Shown: in pieces, positions 11,229 to 24,982 of the stretch
Layout: the number at the start of each line of letters is the position of its first letter
Numbering within the stretch: the stretch's first letter is position 1
Source of the DNA: Octopus sinensis
Taxonomy: Eukaryota
Length of the DNA stretch: 64,000 bases
NCBI RefSeq assembly: GCF_006345805.1
Contig: NC_043022.1
Span: 6,448,001-6,512,000, forward strand
Direction of reading: 5' to 3'
Notes under the pieces: model-generated
Told to the model about the DNA's origin: nothing
The model's database searches: none
What the model saw: the letters and a program-made list of their open reading frames with translations, nothing else
Translations under genes and position numbers: made by a program

Positions 11229-11650
11229 AATACCTATTTCTTTACTACCCACAAGGGGCTAAACAAAGAGGAGACAAACATGGACAGACATAGGTATTAA
11301 GTCGATTATATCGACCCCAGTGCTTAACTGGTACTTAATTTATCGACCCCGAAAGGATGAAAGGCAAAGTCGACCTCGGCGGAATTTGAACTCACAACAT
11401 AATGGCAGCCGAAATACCTATTTCTTTATTACCCACAAGTGGCTAAACACAGACGAGACAAACATGGACAGACATAGGTATTAAGTCGATTACATCGACC
11501 CCAGTGCGTAACTGGTACTTAATTTATCGACCCCGAAAGGATGAAAGGCAAAGTCGACCTCAGCGGAATTTGAACTCACAACGTAACGGCAGCCGAAATA
11601 CCGCTAAGCATTTCGCCCGACGTGCTAACGATTCTGCTAGCTCGCCGCCT
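11229..11650 (-). mobile_element. SINE family A dimer with Tx1-like tail
   Basis: Junction gaaatacc at 11411-11418; 16-bp TSD tgttggtaagaatacc at 11219-11234 and 11652-11667. Confidence 0.9.
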
Positions 11651-12321
11651 TTGTTGGTAAGAATACCCAGGACTGTTGTGTCTTAGGTGACAATCAGGAG
11701 GGACCTGCCAGTTACTCCATGGTGCCAAGAACTCATGGAGTAGAGGCTGTCATCATGGATATCTGTCTGTGTGTGTGGAGGGTGGTGCCTATTCTTCTAC
11801 AGTTGGATCTCCTTCCTGTTACCAAGACTCACGTGTTTGCAAACAAGACGATATTTGCCCCATAACAAAATATGTTTTCTCCAATGATTGGGTGTGAATT
11901 ACAGACACCACATGTAGGTCATTGGAACTTATTTACAGCTACCACATGATGACAAGTCATGGAGACACAAACATGGAGATATCCACAACACACACACACA
12001 CACACACACATGCACTCACAAACTTATAAGACAGGCTTCTATCAGTTTCCACCTAACATATCCACCTCCAAGGCTTTGATCAGCCCAGGGCTAAAGCAGT
12101 AAACACTTGCCCAAGGTGTCTTCCAGTGGGACTGAACCTGAGATACATACTTGTGAAGCAAGGTTCTAACCAAACAGCCACACTGTGTGTACATGCATAT
12201 GATGGTGTGCATGTGTGTGCATACATGTATATTACACATACCGTACATACATATATACATACATAATATATATATATATATATATAATATATATAATATA
12301 TATATATATATATTATATATA

Positions 12322-12785
12322 TTATTAGTGAATTGAAGAAATGGAGTTGAACGAAGATTGAACAGAAATGTTTTATTGCATTCTACACATGTTTCGAAGG
12401 CACAATTTCCAATTCCGATTGAATAAGGAGACCATATTGTGTCTTTCCGCTTCTGTTCTGTTTTTGCTTTTTCCAACGATTTCCTATTTCTTCCTGAAGA
12501 GAAAGACCCAATATGGTCTCCTTATTCAATCGGAATTTGTAAATTGTGCCTTTCGAAACACGTGTAGAAATGCAATAAAGATTTTCTGTTCAATCTTCGT
12601 TCAACTCCATTTCTTCAATTCACTAATAATATTAAAATTCAATTATCCGCACCAACGCACGGTTGCAACCCATATGGTTGTACCTCCAACCGTGCTGTCT
12701 TCTGCTTGATTTTTGCTACCAAGGTATCGGTTAAACTTTTGATTATCTGCAACAAGATTATTCATCTATCTTCCTATTTCACAAA
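12322..12785. mobile_element. Penelope-like pLTR remnant with ~125-bp inverted arms
   Basis: 12322-12447 is inverted at ~12501-12630; shares its end sequence with 5908-5977; (TA)n on both sides. Confidence 0.6.
12491..12569 (+). ncRNA. Minimal type I hammerhead ribozyme motif (HHR3)
   Basis: ttc-CUGAAGA (12494-12500)-gaaag...ctttc-GAAA (12555-12558)-C-ACGU-GUA (12564-12566)-gaa; same family as HHR2. Confidence 0.7.
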
Positions 12786-13205
12786 ATATATATATATATA
12801 TATATATATTGGGTGGCACGTAAAAAGCACCCACACACTCACGGAGTGGTGGCGTTAGGAGGGCATCCAGCCGTAGAAACACTGCCAGATCAGACTGGGC
12901 CTGATGCAGCCTTCTGGCTTCACAGACCCCAGTTGAACCGTCCAACCCATGCTAGCATGGAAAGCGGACGCTAAATGATGATGATGATGATGATATATAT
13001 ATATAGGCGAGGTGCAGGTGTGGCTATGGGCATAGGCACAGGCGTGGCTGTGTGTTAAGAAGCTTGCTTTCCAACCACATGGTTCCAGGTTCAGCCCCAC
13101 TGCTTGGCACCTTGGGCAAGTTTTTCCTACTGTAGCCTCAGGTCAACCAGCCTTGTGAGTGGATTTGGTAGATGGAAACTGAAAGAAGCCCATCTTATAT
13201 ATATG

Positions 13206-13244
<39 letters not shown>

Positions 13245-13454
13245 TGTATTTGTCCCACCACCATCGCTTGACAACCGATGTTGCTGTGTTTACGTCCCTG
13301 TAACATTAGCAGTTTGGCAAAAGAGACTGATATCGAGTTTACAAAGAATAAGTCAAGGGGTCGATTTCTTCGACTAAAACTCGGTGGTCCAGCATGGCCA
13401 CAATCAAAATGACTGAAGTAAAAGAAGTATATATACACACACACACATGTATAT

Positions 13455-13860
13455 ATAGACCATGACCATGACAGAGAAAGTTGTCGTGGTGATACCTGCT
13501 TGGAAGCCTCTGCAAAGTTGCAGAAAGTATATGGAGAGGAGAATATGAGCCGCACACAAGTGTACGAGTGGTTCAGGCATTTCCAAGATGGCCAAAAAAA
13601 TGTCAGCAGAACTGGGGAAACCTCACAGATGTGACTCTAGCTGTGAGGGGAAATCGTCGACTCACAATCCGTGAGTTATCAGAGGATGTGCAGATTAGTT
13701 ACGGTTCAGTTCAGTCCATTATCACTGAAGATTTGGGTATGAGACATGTGTGTACCAAAACTGCTTTCAGCTGACCAAAAAGACACTCGGGTTTCAATTG
13801 CACAACATCTCTTTGATTGTGTGGAGAATGACGAAAAACATTTTGAAGACTTTGCGTAGG
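13455..13860 (+). mobile_element. mariner transposase N-terminal remnant (pseudogenised)
   Basis: Across frameshifts it reads KLQKVYGEENMSRTQVYEWFRHFQDG and VRGNRRLTIRELSEDVQISYGSVQSIITEDLGMRHV, typical mariner HTH motifs. Confidence 0.85.
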
Positions 13861-13964
13861 CCTCTGATTGGGTAATCACTAAGCTTTTGGCATCATTTGA
13901 TGCAGATTCTCTGCTCACTTCCTCTCTCATGTTCAATGCGACTATCACCACATCACTACACCCT

Positions 13965-14064
13965 NNNNNNNNNNNNNNNNNNNNNNNNNNNNNNNNNNNN
14001 NNNNNNNNNNNNNNNNNNNNNNNNNNNNNNNNNNNNNNNNNNNNNNNNNNNNNNNNNNNNNNNN
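13965..14064. other. Assembly gap (100 N)
   Basis: Exactly 100 N; true size unknown. Confidence 1.
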
Positions 14065-14255
14065 AGTACTGGGCTTGCAAAGGATAGTCCCAGGGTCGAG
14101 TTGCTCGATTAAAGGCAGTGCTCCAGCATGGCCGCAGTCAAATGACTGAAACAAGTAAAAAGAGTAAAAAGAGTAAAAGAGTATATGTATGTATATTTTG
14201 TTTTTGGATTTGGTTTGCAAGATTCTTTATATGAGTTCGTGTGTTGAAGCATATT

Positions 14256-14422
14256 CTGTTGTGTCAGGGGAGAGTCATTTTCTTTTTGTGCCTTATTGAA
14301 AAGGTTGCAAGACGCAACGAAAATTCTAGGAAAATAAGAATAAGAAATAAGTGGAAATTTTACCGGTGAGTGTGTTACATTATAAGGCACAAAAAGAAAA
14401 TGACTCTCCTCAGACACAACAG
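14256..14422. mobile_element. MITE with 41-bp terminal inverted repeats
   Basis: 14256-14296 versus 14382-14422 are reverse complements with 3 mismatches. Confidence 0.75.
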
Positions 14423-16007
14423 TATATATATGTCTGCGTTTGTTTCCCCCACCATCAATTGACAACTAATGTGATGTGTCTACATTCCCGAAACTTAACG
14501 GTTTGGCATATCTCTTTTACTCTTTTGCTTGTTTCAGTCATTTGACTGCGGCCATGCTGGAGCACCACCTTTATTTGAACAAATCGACCACAGGACTTAT
14601 TCTTTGTAAGCCTAGTACTGTTTATTGGGTGTCATTTTGATTCTTAATTACAAACTAGTTCTTTTTTAATTAATAATTATTGCTGCATTATCGCATCACT
14701 AAACACTGCTATTTTGGAAATTCAAAAGGACCCACATTCCTGGCAATAAATTTGTGTGATTTCTGGAATTAACATTATTACCATTCCCTGTGTTAAGGTC
14801 TGTTATTACCATTCCTGACAATAATGTCTGTTAATTTAAATCCACTGATTTCCATCAATTGTAATTGGATCACGTAAATTCTAAAAGGAAAATGTTGTTG
14901 ATTGGAGGAAAGTGAAGAATGAGTTTACAAGGGAAAGACTTTGACTGTTTTAAATGAACAGGTCACAGATGGAATGTCTTTATGATCAGGGCTGACCCAG
15001 GGCTAAATGACAACTGAGATTTCATCAATTATGGTCACAAAGATTCCAGTTGCTCCAATCAACAGAACAGCCTGTTCGTAAAATTAAGAATGCAAATGGC
15101 TGAGTACTCCACAGACATATTTACCATTAATGTAGTTCTTAAAGAGATTCAGTATGACACAGAATGTGACATGGTTGGTTCTTTGAATTACAGGTACAAC
15201 TCATTTCTGCTAGCTGAGTGGACTGGAACAATGTGGAGTAAAGTGTCTTGCTCAAGGAGACAACACACCACCAGGAATCAAACTCATGACCTTCTGATCA
15301 GGAACTGAATACCTTAACCACTGAGCCATGTGCCTTCACACACCACAACAACAATAAGTAGTGATTACTTAATTGACAAATTTTAATTTTGTAGAATATA
15401 TTAATAAAAAAGTGTAAAGATGCCCTTCACCCATGAATGACCATGGGATTGCACCTAGAAAGTTACCCTCCGAGGCAGAGGTCTGCAAAAGGTTGTTTAT
15501 GGAAGACCAGCAGTCACCCATGCATATCAGCCTCTCCTCTCCACACCACCATTGTTATCCAAGGGAAAGGAAAAGGGGCCAATTCAGCTTGGCACCAGTG
15601 ATGTTGCAACTCATTTCTGCAGATGAGTGAAAATGGAGCAAAGTGAAATAAAATGTCTTGCTCAAGAACAAAACACAAAGCCATGGTCTGAGAATCAAAC
15701 TCACTATCTTATGATTGTGAGCCCATTGCTCTGACCACTGAGCCATGTGCCTCCACAGAATATCTTAATATATGGGTATTATGTGGGTGTATGTGTATAT
15801 AGTTGTGTGCATGTGTGGTGTGTGTGGTGTGTTGATGTTAATGTTGATATCCTATGGCATGATGTTTATATTCCTTATTAACATTAAAACCAGTTCTTCT
15901 GTGCTTTGGAAGACCCTTGGAATACAAAAGGATTCCTTAGATAAGAGTAAGTCACAGGGGGTGCATCTGACTCTCAAATCCTGCCTCAAATGAGCCTTCA
16001 TCTAACC

Positions 16008-16369
16008 CAGGGGTTCCCAAAGTAGGCAGTATTGCCCCACTGGGGCTGGTGGAAAGATCCAGGTGGTGGCATTCTAGAAAAGAGAAGCAATAATGATGTG
16101 GCCAAAAAGGGACAATAATGGTGTAGTCAAAAGGGGGTGATAATTTGGGTGGCCAAAAAGGGGTGATACTAGAGTGACAAAAAGGGGGCAATGGATATAA
16201 AAATAACAAAATAATGGGTTGATTGGATTAAATTGTATTTGTGAAATACAGTTTGAATTTACTGCGGAAAGTGGTCTTTGTTTTTGGTAGTGAGCATTGG
16301 AGGGGGGGTGCTAAGAATGTGGCCTGAGTGCCAAGAGGATGGCAGCCCAGATAAGCTTGGGAACTACTG
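16008..16369. mobile_element. hAT (Charlie-type) MITE
   Basis: Termini caggggttcccaa / ttgggaactactg; 8-bp TSD (a/g)tctaacc at 16000-16007 and 16370-16377. Confidence 0.8.
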
Positions 16370-16419
16370 GTCTAACCCATGCAAGCAGGGAAATATGGAC
16401 GTTAAACAATTAAGCAAGA

Positions 16420-16775
16420 AAACAAACAAATGACTATATAAGTGCATGGGCCTCAGAGAGGCAATGATTGGGGACCAAGACTGCTGGCGCTTTGCTGTGC
16501 TTGAGAAGATACACCAAGCTAAGTAAATACATGGTTGTCCTTGCATCTAGGCATGACCCCTTCATCCCTCTTCAGCTGAGTGTTCCTAACCTTGCGGCTG
16601 TTGGTGCCATGTAAAAAACACTCTGTAAAGTGGTCGCTTCCAGGAAGGCCATCTGGCTGTGGAAACCATGCCAAACAGACGTAGAACCTAGGCAGCTCTC
16701 TACCCTTGCCTGCCCCTCTCAAACTGTCCAGTACCACAAATGGACATTAAATGATGAGGATGATGATGATGATGT
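16420..16775 (+). mobile_element. RTE LINE 3' end running into family E tail
   Basis: ...DQDCWRFAVLEKIHQAK* followed by ggaaggccatctggctgtggaaac...ggacattaaatgatgag(gat)n. Confidence 0.5.
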
Positions 16776-17859
16776 GTGTGTGTGTATTATATATTCCCTC
16801 TGTGTTTATTTCCTCTTATTCCTTTCTGTTGAAGAGCATAGGCTCAAAACATAAAAGACTTTTTCATTTTTCCCGAGTATCAAACTAATACACTTGCTTG
16901 TTGTTCATACACCTGTCTTTGTTGCGTTTTTCTATAAATTTCAACTGTATAAATAGGCACAGGAGTGGCTGTGTGGTAAGTAGCTTGCTAACCAACCACA
17001 TGGTTCCGGGTTCAGTCCCACTGCGTGGCATCTTGGGCAAGTGTCTTCTGCTATAGCCTCGGGCCGACCAATGCCTTGTGAGTGGATTTGGTAGACGGAA
17101 ACTGAAAGAAGCCCATCGTATATATGTATATATATATGTATGTGTGTGTGTTTGTGTATCTGTGTTTGTCCCCCTAGCATTGCTTGACAACTGATGCTGG
17201 TGTGTTTATGTCCCCGTCACTTAGCGGTTCGGCAAAAAGAGAACGATAGAATAAGTACTGGGCTTACAAAGAATAAGTCCCGGGGTCGATTTGCTCGACT
17301 AAAGGTGGTGCTCCAGCATGGCCGCAGTCAAATGACTGAAACGAGTAAAAGAGTAAAAGAGTAAGTGTGTGTGTGTGTGGTGTACATAAATACCACGCCA
17401 AATCAGACAATACAGCTTGCTGCAATACCCTGGCTTGCCAGCCCCTATCAAGCCGGATAACCCATACAAGCATGAGAGATGGACGTTGAATGATGATGAT
17501 GATGATGATGATGATGATAATGATGATGATGTGTGTGTGTGAGGGAGAAAGAGAGAGAAACAGAGAGAGAAAGTACTGACTGCCACACTTACTCCTGTTT
17601 TTCTGATCTCGGTATGTGTGTGTGTGTGTTCGTGTGTTCATAAGCTTGCATAAATATACAGTCTTGTATATAAACAGAATGAACTAAGCTACGGATTGAA
17701 TGTCTGTGCATTGGTGTATACACACGCATGCACGCATGCACACACACACACCACACACACACACTCACACACATGTATCAACACGCACAATGAATATTTC
17801 TCTGTTACAACTTTATCCCATTTCTGAGTGTTTTTTTTTCCATGGATGTATGTATAAAC

Positions 17860-17877
17860 ATTATGCTGATGTATGTG

Positions 17878-17912
<35 letters not shown>

Positions 17913-18023
17913 GTTTTTTATTTGTGTGTATATATGTATGTATATATGTGTGTGTATATATATAATATATATATATAATGTTTTATTTGTGTGTATGTAT
18001 GTATGTATATGTATATATATATA

Positions 18024-18055
<32 letters not shown>

Positions 18056-18224
18056 GTTTATACATATATATATATATATGTTTAACATATATATATACAG
18101 ATATATACATATATACAGATATATATATATATTATATATATATATATATATATTTTATTACATATATATACAGATATATACATATACACACGTATATCTA
18201 TATATATATATCTATATATATATA

Positions 18225-18271
<47 letters not shown>

Positions 18272-18417
18272 CCCATAGATATACAACATATATTTATGTG
18301 TATATCTGTGTATGGGGGTGTGGGTTTATAATTATACATAAATGAATAAAACATGTGTGTGAGCATGTTTAATTGCATGTATGTATATTATATATATATA
18401 TACACTCATGTTATATT

Positions 18418-18451
<34 letters not shown>

Positions 18452-18480
18452 TGAATAAACATACATAGATATATAAGTGT
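17860..18480. repeat. Degenerate (TA)n tract
   Basis: Interrupted TA repeats. Confidence 0.9.
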
Positions 18481-18864
18481 GTAATTTTATGTGTATATTG
18501 TGGTGTGTGTGTGTGTGTGTTGTGTGTGTGGTGTGTGTGTAGGTGTGTGCGGTCATGTTTCTAAGCAGAAATGAATAAATATAAGCAAGCTAGGGTGTAT
18601 GTGTGTACATATTTGCATATATGTGTATAAGATATATATATATATATACACACACATACATATATGTGCATATATATACACACATATTTGTATGCATGTA
18701 CGTATATGTGTGTATACACCCATTTCCATGTCTTTCTACCCACCAAGATTCTTCGTTCCCGTTTGCTCCAGTGACTCCACCCTTAATTCATGAAACCCAG
18801 ATCAGATCGGTTACATCTTTTCTGACTCCCCTGGGGTAACTTGAACTCGGTCTTTAATGAAATG

Positions 18865-18868
18865 CAAT

Positions 18869-18899
<31 letters not shown>

Positions 18900-19030
18900 T
18901 CACCATCATCATCATCATCATAATCATCACCACCATCACCACCATCACCATCATCATCATCACCACCACCACCACCACTACCATTACTATCATCAGCAGC
19001 TTCAGCATCGACATCAACATCACCATCGCA
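18865..19030. repeat. (AGC)n/(ATC)n/(ACC)n compound microsatellite
   Basis: Graded trinucleotide array. Confidence 0.9.
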
Positions 19031-19419
19031 ACTAACAAGCTAACGAGCATTCGACCATAGATATGCTCAATTAGCTAAAATTAGTAGCCAAATCTTTTTC
19101 AAATCAGATAATGTAGCCTTATCATCATCATCATCATCATCATCGTTTAGCATCCGCTTTCCATGCTAGCATGGGTTGGACGGTTCAACTGGGGTCTGTG
19201 AAGCCAGAAGGCTGCACCAGGCCCAGTCTGATCTGGCAGTGTTTCTACAGCTGGATGCCCTTCCTAACGCCAACCACTCTGAGAGTGTAGTGGGTGCTTT
19301 TTACATGCCACCGGCACAGGTGCCAGGCGAGGCTGTACTGATAAAAATATTGTAGGTGGGGGTGGGGTACATTGAGGTTGATCTGGAGTTATGCAACAAC
19401 AACAACAACAACAATAATA

Positions 19420-19645
19420 ATAATCCTTTCTACTGTAGGCACAGGGCCTGAAATTTGAGGGGAGGGGATTAAGTCAATTACATCGACCCTAGAGTTCAGT
19501 TGGTACTTATTTAACTGACCCCAAAAGGATGAAAGGCAAAGTTGACCTCAGTGGAATTTGAACTCAGAACGTAACAACAGACAAAATGTCGCCAAGCATT
19601 TCACCCGTCCGCCTAATGATTGTGCCACCTCACCACCTTAACCAC

Positions 19646-19676
<31 letters not shown>

Positions 19677-20130
19677 GTTTCAAATTTTGCCACAAGGGCA
19701 GCAATTTGGGTGGGGAGGGGACTAGTTGATTACATCAACCCCCAGCATTCAACTGGTACTTATTTTATCAATCCTGAAAGCATGAAAGGCAAAGTCGACC
19801 TTGGCAGAATTTGAACTCAGAACATAGTGACAGACAAAATGCCGCTAGGCATTTCATCCGACCTCCTAAGATCCTGCTAGGTTGCCACCTTAACAACAAT
19901 ACTATTAATAATCCTTTCTACTGAAGGCACAAGGCCTGAAATTTGCAAGGAGGTGGTGAGATGATTACATTGACCCCAGTGTTTCACTGGTACTTAATTT
20001 ATTGACCCCAAAGGGATGAAAGGCAAAGTCGACCTCAGTGGAATTTGAACTCAGAAAGTACAGATGGGCAAAATACTGCTAAGTATTTCGTCCAGTATGC
20101 TAACAATTCTGCCAGCTTGCCTCCTTAATA
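19420..20130 (-). mobile_element. Three head-to-tail degenerate family A SINEs separated by (AAT)n
   Basis: gaaaggcaaagt(c/t)gacct...gaatttgaactcag recurs three times at ~240-bp spacing. Confidence 0.75.
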
Positions 20131-20199
20131 ATAATGATGACAACGACGACAACAACAACAATATGTGATCCAATGAAATGAAGAGATATTTTTATATAT

Positions 20200-20700
20200 A
20201 TATATAATGAAATTATTGTATACAGTGCTCAGGTGCACCACAACTTGTCAGAAAGTGCATATAAAGTACATGCAGTAATGTAGAAATGTCTGGAAAGTGA
20301 ACATGCTTGTGTGTGTATGGAGGGGAGAAAATCAAGTGTAGTGTTGGCGAATCTCAGGAAGCATGGAAGTTTTGAAGGATGCAGTGCTCCGACAACTAAC
20401 AACCGATGCCGGCAGTTTTTCCATGCTTCAGCAACTCTCAGCGTGAAAAAATGTTTCCTGAAGTCATGGGAGCTGTGCTGTTTTCTTACTTTGTAAATAT
20501 GTCCACGGGTGTTAGGGTGGAGTTTGAAGAGGTGCTCAGTGTTATTGTTTGTGCGATGGTGATAATTTTATGGGTGTCTGCCAGGTCAGCTGCCAGACGT
20601 CGGAGTTTCAATGTGTCCATGCCCAGGGAAGTAAGGCGTTCAGGATATGGCAAATGCCTGATGGAGGGTATTCTTTTGGTTGCATGGTTGCTGGACCTGC
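20200..20700 (-). mobile_element. CR1/L2-type LINE ORF2 3' remnant
   Basis: Minus strand gives LKLRRLAADL...TRGHIYKVRKQHSSHDFRKHFFTLRVAEAW...LPASVV, the CR1 C-terminal motif. Confidence 0.75.
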
Positions 20701-22291
20701 TAGAAAAAATAGTGAAACAACCATCAAATCACATCCTACCATCTTAGATAAGGAAGGCTACCTTAGACAATGTACCCCTTTTTTAAACTCTTGTTTCAGT
20801 CGTTAGACTGTGGCCATGCTGGGGCACAGCCTTGAAAGAATCTCTTTTAGACAAGCAAATCGACCTCAGGACTTATTTCTTTTTAGGCCTAAGTGCATAT
20901 TCATTCAGCCTCTACTGCCAAACTGCTAAGTTACAGGGACATAAACACACCGACACCAGTTATCAAGAAGTGGTAGGGGACAAACTCAGTTACAAAGACA
21001 CACACACACACACACATAGACACGCGCGCATACAGACATATACAACAGGCTTCTTTCAGTTTCCGTCCACCAAATCCACTCACAAGGCTTTGGTCAACTT
21101 GTGGCCATAGTAGAAGACACTTACCCAAGGTGCCACACAGTAGGACTGAACCTGTCACCAAGTGGTTAGGAAGTAAAATCCTCAACACAGAGCCACATCT
21201 GTACCTCTGGCTTAAAATTCTGCTGAGAGCAACTTTATCATTTTCTTCATTCTTGAGTTTGTAAATAAAACGTGAGTCCAGGGCAGGGGATAGGGCTGTA
21301 ACAGAGGGTGGGGTTAGGGGTGGTTAAGATCCCTTGTGGTGTTGGGTCTGAAGATGTCTGTGACAATGTTGACTCCTAACTGTATTGGATCTTATCTCAC
21401 TCTTGGAAAACACTGGTGTTGTGGTGATGTGGAGGCTTGCATGTCAGGCCAAAAAAACTGTACCTTGTCCAGGCCTTGCACCCCGTGATGTTAATGGGTT
21501 TTAGAAATTAAGGGAAAAGTAAGGTTCATGAGGGACAGAGAGGTGGCAGGGTCTTTCTTAACAACCTCATAGGCTTTAGAATACTAAACCCCTCCCCATC
21601 ACTCCCATCACCACCACCACCACCCTCTCAGGTGTGTCAGAAGTTGAGGAATGCAACAACCACCCCACAACCAGCCTCCTTCCCCTCTCAATTTCCACTT
21701 TGGAGAGGGAGTTCCCAGGTGTTCATACATTATCAGATTAGATACTGAAAGGATATTCAGATCAATAATAATAATAATAATAATAATAAAATAATAATAA
21801 TCCTTAATACATACATAAATAATCTATATATATATATATATGCATATATGTGGGGGGGTGTATACATATATACATACACACACATGCACACATATATCAA
21901 ATATACTTTAATTGAAATAAAGTTTCCCCAAAATTAAACACATCTAATATAATAAATGTGAATGTCTGTGTGTCACACTTCTTCAGCTTTGATAAATCCT
22001 TTCTACTGGAAGCACAAGAACTCAAATTTTGAGGGAAGGGATTAAGTTGATTACATCGACCCCAGTACATAACTGGTTCTAATTTTATCAACCCCAAAAG
22101 GATGAAAGTCAAAGTCAACCTCGGTGGAATTCAAACTCAAAATCTAACAGTGGATGAAACACCACTAAGTAATTCACCTGGTATGCTAACGATTCTGCCA
22201 TCTCGCTGCTTTATTATAATATAATAATTGAATATAATAGAATATACTAGAATAAATGTGAATATCAGTGTGTCACACTTCGTCAACTTTA

Positions 22292-22328
<37 letters not shown>

Positions 22329-22329
<1 letters not shown>

Positions 22330-24929
22330 TATGTTTGGATGACTTTTGGCTTTACATTTGTACAAGTTGGCTCCAAGTCTCACCCAGAGACCTCAAGAGA
22401 CAACAGGGTTGGAAGTTCATGTTGTTGTTATGCCTAGTGTGCCATATATTTGGGGGGTGGGGATGTTGTACTAATGAATGTCTAAAAAAAAAAAAGTTTT
22501 TTTTTTTTTTTTTTTTAAACCGAAAATTATGGTTGTTTTAAACCTTGAGATTACATAGAAATATTTTGTGTAGGATATGAGCAGTTCCCATGAGCACTAT
22601 CTTTTGAACTTCTGCCATTTTTGGGTTTCCTGGTATCTGAGTTAGGTAGCTATCAGCCCCTTTTGCTATCATTCCCAGGGCACCTATGACAACAGGTATT
22701 GTTTTAGTCTTCAGCTTCCACATTTTGCTGATTTCTATTTCAAGATCTTTATATTTGCTCAGTTTTTGGTAGGTCTTGACAGATACGTTTATATCGATTG
22801 GGACAGTCATATCAATGAGGAGGCATGTTCTTTGTTTGAAGTCTTTCAATATGATGTCTGGCCTATTTGCATCTATCTTCCTGTCAGTTTGAATGGTGAA
22901 GTTTTCCAGAGGAGTGAGATGTGGTCATTTTCAAGCACTGGGGGTGGTTTGTGTTCCCACCAGTTTTTTTCATGGGGCAAATCCAGGTTTTTACAGATTA
23001 CCCAGTGAATATATTGTGCAGCTCTATCGTGCCTGTTGAGATACTCTGTAGGCGCTAGAAGACTGCACTTGGAGACAACATGGTCAATGGTTTCATTTTG
23101 TTGCTTGCATACACGACACGTTGGACTGCTTCTGATCTTTAATATGTTGGCATGGTAGTTTCTTGTTGGTAGGCATTGATCTTGAGCTGCTATGATAAAC
23201 CCCTCTGTTTCAGATTTTAAGCCAGAGGCCATTAGCCATTGATGGGTCAGGGCTTTGTCGATATCTGCATTATTCGCTCTCTTTGGGTATTGCCATAGAG
23301 AGGTTTTTCTTGCCATTTATATTCAGAATATCTAAGGCCGCAGTTTTGACACGGGTTTTCATGCGCCTAGCTTTTTCTGTGCTTGTTTCTTGTATGTCTA
23401 TCTCTAATTCCGAAATTGGTTGTATTCGGAATTCACTTAGATATTCCTTTGCCTGTTTTGTGACTGAGTATGATGCTTTCTTGTTTTCATGTTTTGAGAC
23501 AAGTTTTAACATCCAGTCCTCAGAGTTTTTCAGGTAGGTGTCTAGGCCAATTGTAGCAATCTTCATTGTTATTGCCAGTTGCAAAAGACCACGGCCTCCC
23601 CTTTCTTGGCAGATAGAGTCGTTCTGTATCTGCCTTAGGGTGGTGCATTCTATGCATTGTCAACAGTTTCCTTATTTTTTCTGTCGAGCTGACATATTTC
23701 AGTAATTGACCAGTTAACAATATTGAAACTGTAAGTCACGACTGGTATAGCTAATGCATTGATTGCTTCGATCCTGTTTCTTGCATTCAGCTCTGTCTTG
23801 AGTATTGCTCTCACTCTTCGATAGCATTCTCCTGATCCTTTCCTTCATCTCTGAATGCCTTATTCCATTCCCTTCAATTACCCCTAGGTACTTGTAGCTC
23901 TCCGCTGGGTCTAGTTCTTTTATGACATTCTGTTGGTCAAGGTTAACGTTAGATGTTTCTGTCATTTTTCCTTTGATAAAGGTAGCCTTTGCACATTTTC
24001 GAGGCCGAATTGCATTCTGATGTCGTCACTGAATTGTTTGACTATCGCTAGTAAGCCCTTGAGTTGTTGATCATTTTTGCAAAAAGCTTTAAATCATCCA
24101 TGTAAACGAGATGATTTATATTTTTTATCAAACATTTTATACCCGTACTGCGCGTCATTGAGCAGCTTTGAGAGAGGTATTAAGGATAACAAAAAGAGGA
24201 GTGGTGACAGTGAGTCACCCTGGAAATGCCACACGAAATTTTTACATCACCAGCATTTAGGGATTCACTGTCACTGTTCAGAGTTAGTGTGGTTCTCCAT
24301 GATCTCATACTTACAGTCAAGAAGTTTCGCAGAGTTGGTGCTATCTTATACATTTCAAGGCATTTCCTAATCCAGCTATGTGGTAGGCTATCAAAAGCCT
24401 TTTTATAGTCTATCCAGGCTATTGATAAGTTTTTGTGTCGTTTGTGACAATCTTCTAAGATCATCTTATTGATGAGTAGTTGGTCTTTACAGCCGTAGGA
24501 TCCACGTTTACATTCCTTTCTGTTCATTAGGGAATATGCTGCTGTCTGTTAAAAAACTATAGGTATATTCCGTCAGGACAGATGTTAGTGTTATGTACAT
24601 AGTTGTTAAGCAGGTTATGGGTCTATAGTTTTTTGGTTCATTTGTTTCTTCACTTTTTGGAAGCAGGAATGTTAACCCATTAACTAGCCAGGAGGCATCC
24701 TACTAGGGTGTTGCAAAACATCATTGTACAGTTCTTCTGTAGCAGTTCATGGCTCTCTGGGAAGGCATTCAGCCAGAAGTTAGGAATTTTATCCTTTCCT
24801 GGAGACTTCCATTTGCTTGACCTCCTGAGAGCAGATCTTATATCTTCTACCTTGACACCCTCCCATTGCTCTTCTAAGGGGTCCAGTTCTGTAGATATTC
24901 TGTCAATCCAGGGGCCTTTTCGTTGTGTG

Positions 24930-24932
<3 letters not shown>
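22329..24932 (-). mobile_element. R4/Dong-clade non-LTR retrotransposon, 5'-truncated and frameshifted
   Basis: RT motifs ([26 protein letters not shown]), CCHC knuckle (CRVC...ETIDHVVSKC), restriction-like endonuclease (IDMTVP...KLSKYKDL...IPVVIGALG); (TTA)n on both sides. Confidence 0.9.
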
Positions 24933-24982
<50 letters not shown>

